NCBI RefSeq assembly: GCF_018977255.1
Contig: NW_024704742.1
Location: 121,522,001 to 121,586,000, forward strand
Direction: 5' to 3'
Source: Callorhinchus milii
Lineage: Eukaryota
Length of the DNA: 64,000 nucleotides
Positions within the stretch are counted from its first letter, which is position 1. Every line of letters begins with the position of its first letter. A model generated the notes under the pieces. That model was given only the letters and a program-made list of their open reading frames with translations, was not told the origin of the DNA and searched no databases. This document shows positions 40,930 to 51,250 of the stretch, piece after piece. The position numbers and the translations under genes are program-made.

Positions 40930-42992
40930 CAGCTGCCTCTGCCTTCCTAATGGCCACTCCCTCTCTACCTCCCCCCCACACTCCGACCCCTACCCATCCC
41001 TCCCTCCACATCTTCGATCATGTCTCTCCCTCCTCTCTAATCACCACCATATCCAGCATGACACACCACCTGCTCCCTTGACCCCATCCCCACTCCTCTC
41101 CTTATCTCCCAGCTTATCCCTCTACTCTCCGACACCATCAACCTCTCCCTATCGTTTGGCAACGTTCCCATCCCCCTCAACACAGCTATAATTACCCACA
41201 TCCTGAAAAAACCTTCCCTGGACCCATCCCTGCTTTCTAATTCATCTCCAACCTCCCTTTGCTTTCCAAGGTTCTTGAAAGAGTTGTTGCTCCCCAGCTT
41301 TGCTCCTTCCTCTCCTTCCACTCCCTTCATGAGCCCTTCTAATCGGGTTTGAAACTGCTCTGGTCAAGGTCACAAACGACATCCTGTCCATCTGTGACCA
41401 GGGCTCCCTCTGCCTCCTTGACTTCTCGGCTGCCTTTGATAACGTGGACCACTCCATCCTCCTCTCACCTCAACCTTCAAGGTCCTGGAATAGTTTAAGT
41501 CTTATCTCTCACACCATCTCCAATTTGTCTCTGCCAATGGTTTCTCTTCCAGCACCCACACAGTCTTGAAGTGTTCCTCAAGGCTCTGTCCTCGGTTCCC
41601 TCCTCTTCACCCTCTACATGCTCACCCTTGGTGACATCATCTGCAGACATGAGGTCAACTTCCACATTTACGCGGATGACATCCAACTCTATCTCTCTGT
41701 TTCCACCCTTGATTCCACGACAACTGACGTCCCAAAAGTCCTAGATGAGAGCCAACTTTCTACAGCTGAATGTCAACAAGACCGAGGCCCTCCTGATTGG
41801 CTCGTGCCAGCGTCTCCGTACCTCAGGCACTGGCAGCATCAGCATCCATGGATTCACACTCCACCTCACCAAGCCAGTCAGGGCGTCAGGGTATCCCCCT
41901 ACCTACCTGCCCGTACGCTCCGTTCCTCTGGCTCCGGTCTGCTCCACGTCCCCCGCCCCAACCGCCCTACCATCGGTGGTCGGGCCTTCAGCCTCTCAGC
42001 CCCGAGGCTCCGGAACTCTATCCCCCAGTGCCTTCGCCTTGCTTCCTCCCTTTCCTCCTTCAAGGCCGGTCTCAAAACCTTTCTCTTTGACCGTGCCTTC
42101 AGCTCCCTCTCGACTCTCTACCCCCTCCTCGCTCCCTCCCTTCCCTCCCCTCACCCTGACCATTTCCCCCCTCCTCGCTCCCTCCCTTCCCTCCCCTCAC
42201 CCTGACCATTTCCCCCCTGCTCGGGTCATGACCCAACTGTGCAGCGCCTTGGGACGTCCTCCTGACGTGAAAGGCACTTTATAAATGGAATCTTGTTGTT
42301 GTTGTCTTGTCAACCCTCAGCTGTCCTTTCTCCCCCATATCCGTACCATGATCCGCTCTGCCTTCCCCCACCTTCGCAACACTGCCCGACTCCGCCACTG
42401 CCTCACCCCTCAGGCCATCAAAACCCTCATATACACATTCGTCACTTCAAGGCTCGACTATGATAACTCCCTCCTTGTCAGCCTCCCCAACTCTTCCCTC
42501 CACAAGTTGCAGAGCATCCAGCACTCTGCAGCTCATGTCCTCTCCTGCACCAGGCTCTGTGACCCCATCATCCCCATTCTCGACCGGCTCCACATCCCTC
42601 AGAGGATAGAATTCAAAATCATCGTCCTCACTTTCAAGGCCCTCCACGGCCTCGTCCTCTCCCACATCTCTGACCTGCTAAACCCCATCAACCTGTCCGC
42701 TCAGCAGGCTCCGGTCTGCTCCAGGTCTCCCACCCGACCCGCCCTACTATCGGCGGCCGGGCTTTCAGCCTCTCTGCCCCCACTCTTTGGAACTCCATCC
42801 CATAATCCCTTCGCTTTGCTCCCTCTCTTGCCTCCCTCAAGGCACGACTCAAGACTATCCTTTTTGACTGTGCCTTCCCTCATCCCAACCCTGCCCCACC
42901 ACCCTCGGTTCCTGATCCCCGACTGTTCAGGCCTTTGGACGTCCTCCCAACATGAAAGGCTCTTTACAAATGTAATTTTGTTGTTGTTGTTA
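40930..42992 (+). mobile_element. Decayed L2 LINE with a younger L2 3' fragment nested at ~41885-42303
   Basis: RT motifs ([14 protein letters not shown]). The older copy breaks after aagccagtcagg (41882) and resumes at gtcttgtcaaccctcagctg (~42304). Confidence 0.88.
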
Positions 42993-43539
42993 CCAAGGAA
43001 AGCTGAAAAGAAATTCTCTACTATTAGCTGAAGAGGTGACGATAACATGAGCAGATTGAAGTTTCATTTCTCTTGACGACCGGGTGAATACCACAAAAAG
43101 GTGCATTTTGCCTGTTGAATTGCCCCAAGCTTTCTCACCAAACAAATTCTATGCTATTTCTTTTCCATCAAAAAATGCAGAAACGAAAAAGAATACGGCA
43201 CCATCAAATGGGAGTTAGATAAATACCTAAAGAGGAATAAACTACAGGAGAATGGGATTCAGGCAAGTAAATGGGTCTAAAAGGATTGCGCGTTAAAATC
43301 CTAGCACAGATCTGATGGGCCAAATAGCCTTCTTCTGTGCTATAAATGGCCTTCTTCTGTGCCATTAATTTCTATGGTTCTATCTTGGTATCTACAAACT
43401 ATTTCATGAGATTCAAATAAAATGATCATTCCAATAGTATTTCAAGGCACTTAAGAGATAGAAAAATAAAAAAAAATCATGTCTATTATTCTTAATCACT
43501 GTTTTCCCCAATTCCTCTTCCTCACTATATGTTCCAGAC

Positions 43540-43932
43540 CCAACAACAACAACTTGGATTTATATAGCGCCCTCCACGCCGGACGGCATCTCAGAGCGCT
43601 TCATAGTAACGGATCCCGGGGCCGAGCCAGGGGGAGGGGGAGGAAGGTGACCAAAGGCACAGTTGAAGAGAAAGGTCTTCAGCTGAAACCTGAAAATAGG
43701 AAGAGAGGGGGCGAGGTGAAGGGAGTGAGTTCCAGAGCCTCGGGGCATAGTGGCTGAAGGACTCGGGGGACGAGGAGGAGGCCAGACCCAGAAACACAGG
43801 CAACGGGTACTGTTTTGAGGAGAGAAGAGGTCAGAGAGGTAGGAGGTTGCAGAGGAGTGGAGGGATTTGAATACAAGGGTGAGGATCTTGAAGTCGATCC
43901 TCTCTGGGACAGACAGCCAGTGCAGTCTGGCA
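43540..43932 (-). mobile_element. L2 3' fragment (second tail type)
   Basis: Near-identical in reverse to 29955-30380. Confidence 0.88.
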
Positions 43933-45203
43933 ACACAAGATGAAGCAAATATCTCATAATGGCAATAGGCACCATCGTTCATGAACAACAACAACTTGCA
44001 TTTATTTAGTACCCTTCACACAGGGTCGTGTCTCAGGGAGCTGAATATAAATATTTAGGCTGTTGGAGCAACAATTCTATTTTGTATCACTACAAATTAA
44101 TCCAGCATCATATTAGATAATAAAGTGCTCTTAAGCCTTTTACGCTGAAGTAGAGGAAGCAGTTAAAGCTACGTTTATTACATAAATCATTGTTCCCTTA
44201 TTACAATAATCCCAGCACGACTGTATAGAGTAAAATAACATCTCATTATTCTCACCTTTTATGAGCAATGATGTATTCTTGAACAGTTATAGGATTACGG
44301 CTCATTATTAAGGGAAATGACTGGGGTACAATATTACATAGATAAAATAAAGATAAACTGGTTTATAATTGAAAAACCATTTACGGATACAGGTGGTTAT
44401 GCAGTTCTCCAGGGCACAGGTAATGACAGACCATCCAGCCAGACTGGTGCATCGGCAGGGCCTGGAGAGGTAGAGCAGTCACTGGAAGCAGAGAATTGTC
44501 CCTCTCAGCTTCTCTTAACTCTGTCAGCCAAAGCCATAACAGGTAGGGTGGTATTTGTTGAACAAGCAGCGGAAAGCTGGCTAGACAGTGCTCTCAATGA
44601 CAAGCTATGTAGCTAAACTCCAACAGTACCCAACACGCATTCTGGGGTCCCCAAGCTTTGGCTCTTGCCAACCTGCGCAAAATACTCTCCAGCTTTAGGT
44701 AGCAGGGTGTGTCTCTCCAGGGAGAGAGCGTGCATTCCATTCCAGACACAGAGAAATTTCCACGTGTAGGTGGCATACATATGTCAACTTTCAGTCTTGT
44801 TTGGATACACGTAATGTGATGGTTTTCTGCATGTGTCACACACTAAGCTGACCAAAACAAAAGTACCAATTGAAATACTGAAGTGTGTTTATTTCAAAAA
44901 AAGGTTATAATTGTTTTGTAATTCTCCCCACCTTTAATGACAGGATTATCTCATTTATCAGATGTATACTTATTATTTATTTATGCAGCCAATTCCTCAA
45001 TTCCTGATGACACTTGGCCTCCACAGAGATTATAAATAGAGGCCAGGCATTTCTTCATGGAGAGCGGGTAGCAAATACTACTCTGGCACCCCATGAAGCA
45101 ACACAGAATTCTTAAACTATGCAAACTAATACTGCTCAATGTGTCTGCTAATGCAATTATAGCCACCTTGCTTATACGTGACAACATGGTTGGCTGAATC
45201 TTC

Positions 45204-45563
45204 AATAATAATAACCCTTGCATTTGATATAGCGCCTTATCATGCCTTTGAGACATCTCAAAGTGCTTCACAGAATATACTGTAAAGTGAACTGACTGTA
45301 TATTTTGTAGGCGAAACGCAGCAGCCAATTGTGCACAGCAGTGAACCACGAACAGTCGTGGATTGAGTGATTTTTGTTAGGGGATTATTACCCCTGGAAA
45401 AGCAATCCACGAATCGACTGATAACCGGATTCCTACATACTGCTACGTAATTAGAGGCATGTGGAGTAAGGAATCTTGCCCAAAGTTTTGCCCTGCCTGG
45501 GAATCAAACCAGGTCTTCTTGCTTGCGAGGCGAGTGCTCTAACCATTAAGCTACAGGATTTCA
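45204..45563 (-). mobile_element. tRNA/Deu SINE (long form)
   Basis: Family match. Confidence 0.88.
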
Positions 45564-46623
45564 CAATAGCATGTCCTAGTCAGTTTGCATTGGGTAGTAT
45601 AAACAGAACAAACTACAATGGAAAAAATCAGTTCTACTTCCAAGTTCGAAAGCCAAGAAATGATAGTACTAATAATTCTGCAAACTCTTTCGCTTTGGTG
45701 TTTCTGCAGTTATTATTTACCCTGCAGAACCTTCACCCACTGAGAACACCTGCAGATTAAACATTGGTTAGACAAAAAGTCTGATCTATTAATATACCAG
45801 GCTACAATAATACATGTGGGTACATCTCAACTGTTGGCGTGTTGAAATGGTAAATACAGTGCACTCACTGCTTGCAATGCCAAAGTGCACAAAGACCTTT
45901 AAAGACAGGAATGAAGTCAGGACCACTGGAATTTTCCAGCTGTGATGTCAGATGCTCTGAACCGAGTGTAATGAAACCAAATGTCAACACCACCGTTGAC
46001 TAAGAGGGTGCCTGGAAGGGAGAGATATGAATAGTTTGCAAAATACTACAGTTATACTGCTGTTTTTACTGACATTTCTACAAGCATGACATTTTACGTT
46101 GGAAGAATAGACATTGGAATTCAGACCACATGAAGCTGTTGCAAATGGACACATTTTCTCCACCCTGCAAGAAACTATAAAAATACCTCACCAACTGCAG
46201 TGTTACTGTGCTGAAGCAATTCAAGGGGGAAAAAAGCACTCTTGGCGTTGGCATCAACAATTCAGATTCCATACAAAAGCTATCTGTTGTGCACATTTCC
46301 CTTCCCCTTCGAACCCTGAGGGTAAAACTGTGTTCCAAGCTGGAAGTCATTTCCTGAGAAACATGTTGTGCTAGTTTAACATCAAAACTGTACAATAATA
46401 AAGTTAAAGAATGGTGTAAATAAAATATTTTCTGGAAATTAAGACGGTTTGCTTTTAATAAGAGATCACTTGATGTTGATTTGTCAAATTGGCTTGAAAT
46501 TTGGAACATATGCATAGGTCAGAAAAACATATGTTATAGAGAAACACAAGTAACTTAAAAGTCTTGAATGTACCTTAGGCCAGATGCCATTCATGAGAAA
46601 GAATCGTTAAGGAAAGGAAAGGA

Positions 46624-46738
46624 GTGTAAAAGTATGTAAGGCATTTTATGGTTAATTTATGTAAGAGTAGCATAATTTTAGCAGCTTTACCCAAGAAATT
46701 AAGGTACTGGGTTATGCCCTGACACAGACTGGGGTATA
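46624..46738 (+). repeat. Left arm of 115-bp inverted repeat
   Basis: Reverse complement of 50309-50423, 107/115 identical, no gaps (manual alignment). Confidence 0.92.
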
Positions 46739-47777
46739 ATAGGATGTTATTAGTGTGTAACTAAACAGTACAAAGGGCCATAAGGCGCAATCAGAATGGT
46801 TTCAGAAGCAATAGGTCATGCATGAGAGTGTTGCCATGAGTGAGCAAAATGACTGTTCACCTTTACAACCTGCGTTTCAGGCAGCTAAGATTAAATCGAT
46901 GAAAGCCTATTCCTTCTGCTGGCCCTGCAAGAAATTAATTTGTAGTTTCATCTAGTCATTGAAGGCCCAAAGCAAAAAAACTACTCGCAATTCAGAATAA
47001 ACTGGCAATCTTACTCTGGAAGGTTGATGTGGAAATCTAAAAGTTCACAATTGCCCTGTGTGTGTATGAGTGAATTAGTGTGCGTGTATGTATGATTGAG
47101 TGTGTGCACAATATGTGAGTGAGTCAATGAATAGGTGGAGTGGAGGTTCCCCCCACCTCCACATGCGCGAGGAGGTGGGGGGGGCAACACTTTTTAATAA
47201 ACTGAAGAGAAAGAAAATTGTTGAAGGAGACAAAATGGTGCTTTGTTCTGGATCTGCTTTACTTGATGTACAAGTGTCTACAGTGGATATTATTCCAGTT
47301 AATACGGCTGACATTCCTCAAGTTGATCAGTCATAAAAAATCATAAATTTATTTAAATTATTTTTGAAGAGGCAATTAAATAAGTAGATTTCCAGCTATC
47401 TGCTGGTTATAGAAACATAGAATCCTACAGCACAGAAGGAGGCCATTCGGCCCATCCTGCTTGTGCTGGCTCTTTGAAACAGCAACCCAATCAATGTCCC
47501 CCGACCACCCCCGCCCCCCCGATCTTTCCCCATAGCCTTGCAATGTTTTTCTTTTGAAGTAAATACCCTATTCCCTTTTAAAAGTTATTATTGAATCCAA
47601 TTCCACTGCCCTTTCAGGTAGTGCATTCCAGATCGTAACAACTTGCTGCGTAAAAAGAATTTTCATCTCCCCTCTGGTTCTTTTGCCAATTATCTTAAGT
47701 TTGTGTCCTCTGGTTACCTGTCAATGGAAACAGTTTCTCCTTATTTACTCTATCAAAACCCCTCATAATTTTGAACA

Positions 47778-48895
47778 CCTGTCTGAATGGTTCAGATCCT
47801 ACCTCTCACACTGTCTCCACTTCATCTCCTCTAGCCCCTGCACTGTCTTGTGTGGTATTCCTCAGGGCTCTGTTCTTGGTCCCCTCCTCTTTAATATCTA
47901 TACGCTCCCTCTTGGTGACATTATCCACAGACATGGGGTCAAATTCCATTTGTATGTAGATGAAACCCAACTCTATCTCTCTGCCACCACCCTTGACTCC
48001 AGGACCACTGCTGTCCTGACAGAATGTTTGTCAGACATCCAGTCTTGGATGAGAGTTAACTTTCTGAATTTAGCTGAATGTCAACAAGACCGAAGCCCTC
48101 CTGACTGGCTCCCGTCAGCGCCTCCTCACCTCAGGCACTGACAGCATCAAAACACAAGGATGCACACTCCACCGTGCTAAGCCAGTCTGGAACCTTGGTA
48201 TCTTGTTTAACTCTCAACTGTCCTTTCTTCTCCACATCCATGCCATGGCCCACTCTGCCTTCCCCCACCTCCACAACATTGCCTGGCTCCACCACTGTCT
48301 CACACCGCAGGCCGCCGAAACCCTCAAACTCGCATTCATAACATCCAGGCTCGACTATGCAAACTCCCTGCTTGTTGGCTCCCCAACTCTTCCCTCCACA
48401 GGCTGCAGATCATCCAGAACTCTGCAGCCGTGTCCTTTCCCACACCAGGCTCCGCCACCTGGCCCGATTCCACTGACTTCCCGTCACACAGAAGATACAG
48501 TTCAAGATCCTGGTCCTCTTTCAAAGTCCTCCATGGTCTTTATCCCTCCTACCTTTGCGACTTCTTTACCCTCTATCAACCTGCCTGCTCCCTCCGCTCA
48601 GCGGACTATGGCCTGCTTCACTTCCCCAACGTCGCCCGCTCAACCATTGGGCCTTCAGGCATGCTGCTCCCGTCCTCTGGAACTCCATCCTACGGTCCCT
48701 CCGCCTCGCCCCTCCTTCAAGGCCTGTCTCAAGACGCTCTTCGACCGTTCCTTCAGTCACCCTCCTTCTCCTCTCTGCCCTCCGCCCTCCCTGATCCCGA
48801 CACCCTGCACGGGCCCGAAACACTGATTGTCCAGTGCCTTTGGATACCCTCCCAACATGAAAGGCACTATACAAATGTAATTTTGTTGTTGTTGT
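47778..48895 (+). mobile_element. Decayed L2 LINE 3' portion inserted into a CR1 fragment (CR1 halves ~47410-47777 and ~48950-49005, - strand)
   Basis: [27 protein letters not shown] and a (TTG)n tail. Flanks join to a sequence resembling the CR1 at 33490-33560. Confidence 0.85.
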
Positions 48896-49399
48896 CTGGG
48901 AAGCTACCCTGCATTGTTGTTGTTGTTGTTGTTGTTGTTATTGTTGTTGTAACTCCCCTTAACCTTCTCTGCTCTAATGAAAAGAATCCCAGCTTCTCTG
49001 GTCTATCCTTATGTTATTCAGATTTTTAGAAGGTATTGATTTGGTAAAATTTCACTCAAGGTTTCGAAAAATGTGAAAATATACGATAATAATACTAACA
49101 TTGGTGGTATAGCGCCTTTGACGTCCAAAAGCGCAGGATATACTTTGAGTGCTGTAACTGTGTTTTATAGGTGAATGCTTATATTGATGTTTTGGAGTGG
49201 AGGGAACATAAGGAGGATTCTGGGGCAAAGCTAAGATGTGAGACACACAGGCACTTGTTTTCATTGGTGCAAAAGACAGTGGGAAGACCCAGGCGCTTTT
49301 TTTTACAATACTGAGAGGCATATAACATGCAAGTAAGCAGGTTATTTAATTTAAAGGATGATTACAGATACAGGGTTAAAGAGTAAAGAATTAATAAAC

Positions 49400-50142
49400 C
49401 TCAGATTGGACAAGAAATTAAAAAAATGCTGTTCCTTCCCAGCCATAAAATAGTACATATGCAGAACTGTTTCTCATCAGAAAGAGTTGGAGGTTAATTA
49501 ACTGCTGCTAAAAAGAGCTGGATAAATATCTGATTAAAGACAGGAATGACAGTTATATATGGTTAAATACTGATCAGATAATCGAATACACTGGAATACC
49601 GAGCATTGTGAATAGTTTTGAGCATTTTTATCGGAATTATATAAAATAAAGTAAAACGGTAAAGTGTAAGATTCACCGTGTTTTAATAGATAAAGGTTTC
49701 CAGTTATGAAGAGAGGTTTGAGAAGTTGGACTTTTGTCGCAAAGACAGGAGTTTAAAGAGCGACTGAATACAGAATGTCAAGACAATGAAGGGTTACAAT
49801 AGGATAAATAGCATTTGATTATTTTTACTGGTCAACAGTCAGGAAAGAAAACGTGCGGATTTGAGATAAACAGTAAAGAATTGAAGAGGAGATTGGAAAA
49901 CATATCGTCATATACACTGTGTGGTTGGAATATAGAATTCTCTGCCAAAAATCTGTTGTTGACACAAAAGTTCTCCAAATTCTTTTCAAGAGGCATTTGA
50001 TAGATGCTTGAAAAAAGTGAAATATTCAAAGGCTTGGGAAGTGAGCGAGTGAGTAGGTTTAGAATAGGAAGTTCATGTGGAGAGAAACACCATCACAAAC
50101 TTATTGGGATAAATGGCATGTTTCTGTGCTGTAAACGTCTAT
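49400..50142 (+). mobile_element. Highly decayed CR1 3' fragments
   Basis: agttatgaagagaggtttgagaagttggac (SYEERxEKL) and CR1-type tail aaatggcatgtttctgtgctgtaaacgtctatg. Confidence 0.65.
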
Positions 50143-50308
50143 GCAAACTTGATGGCTGTTTTGCTGGCAAAGCATGGAAGCATCATGAAACAAAATGTAG
50201 AGCTTGCCTTATCTTTACAGATCAGAGAGAACAAAAAATTATTTTTGCCTGTGGTTATTTTTATTTCCCTCATGAGATTAGGTAAGACAGAATCCTAAAT
50301 AAAGCAAC

Positions 50309-50423
50309 TATACTCCAGTCTGTGTCAGGGCATAACCCAGTACCTTAATCTCTTAGGTAAACCTGCTAAAATTATGCTACTCCTAAATAAATTAACCATA
50401 AAAAGCCTAACATACTTTTACAC
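50309..50423 (-). repeat. Right arm of 115-bp inverted repeat
   Basis: Reverse complement of 46624-46738. Confidence 0.92.
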
Positions 50424-50449
50424 CGCCTCTTGTGTCTGCTCCACCTTTG

Positions 50450-51250
50450 TCCTGCTTGTCGGCCTCCCCAACTCCTCCCTCCACAGGCTGCAGATCATCC
50501 AGAACTCTGCAGCCCTTGTCCTTTCCCGCACCAAACTCCACAACCCTATCAGCCCCATCCTCGCCCGACTCCACTGGCTTCCCATCACAGAGGATACTGT
50601 TCAACTTTCAAAGTTCTCCATGGCCTTGCTCTCCCCTACCTCTGCGACATAACCACCTATCAACCTGTACGTTCCCTCCACTCAGCGGGCTCTGGCCTGC
50701 TTCACGTCCCCCACCTCGCCCACCATTGGCGGGCGGGCCTTGAGCCATTCTACACCCACCCTCTGGAACTCCATCCCAGTCCTTCCACCTCGCCCCCTCC
50801 CTTGCCTCCTTCAAGACCTGTCTCAAGCCCCTCCTGTTCGACTGTGCCTTCGGTCACCGTCCACCCTCCCTGATCCTCAGCTTGGGTCCAAAACAGTGAT
50901 TGTCCTGCGCCTTGGGACGTCCTCGCAATGTGAAAGGCGCTCTACAAATGTAATTCTGTTATTGTTTGTCCTATCCTGGTATCATACCTACCTCAGCACC
51001 ACCACTTTGTCTCATCAAATGGCTTCTCCTTCCATTCCCGCAGATTCACATCCGGTATCCCGCAGGCCTCTATCCTCGGTCCTCTCCTCACGTGCTCTAT
51101 ATGCTCCTACTTGGTGACATCATCCACAGACATGGGGTTCATTTCCACATGTATGGGGATGACACCCAACTGTATCTCTCTACCTCTACCCTTGACTTCA
51201 GGACCTCTGTTGTTTTGACCAATTGCCTGTCAGACAACAAGTCCTGGGCT
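50450..51250 (+). mobile_element. Two adjacent L2 fragments (3' end 50450-50965; RT piece 50970-51250)
   Basis: LHRLQIIQNSAA, HMYGDDTQLY. Confidence 0.82.

Noticed and set aside
47149..47196. Rho-independent terminator or Helitron end
   Set aside because: Eukaryotic context, and no CTRR terminus after the hairpin. Kept only as a structural observation.
49243..49323. Walker A-like LVFIGAKDSGKT suggesting a viral helicase
   Set aside because: The frame is closed by stops within about 27 codons and has no Walker B. The overlapping frame with proper splice sites is the better explanation.
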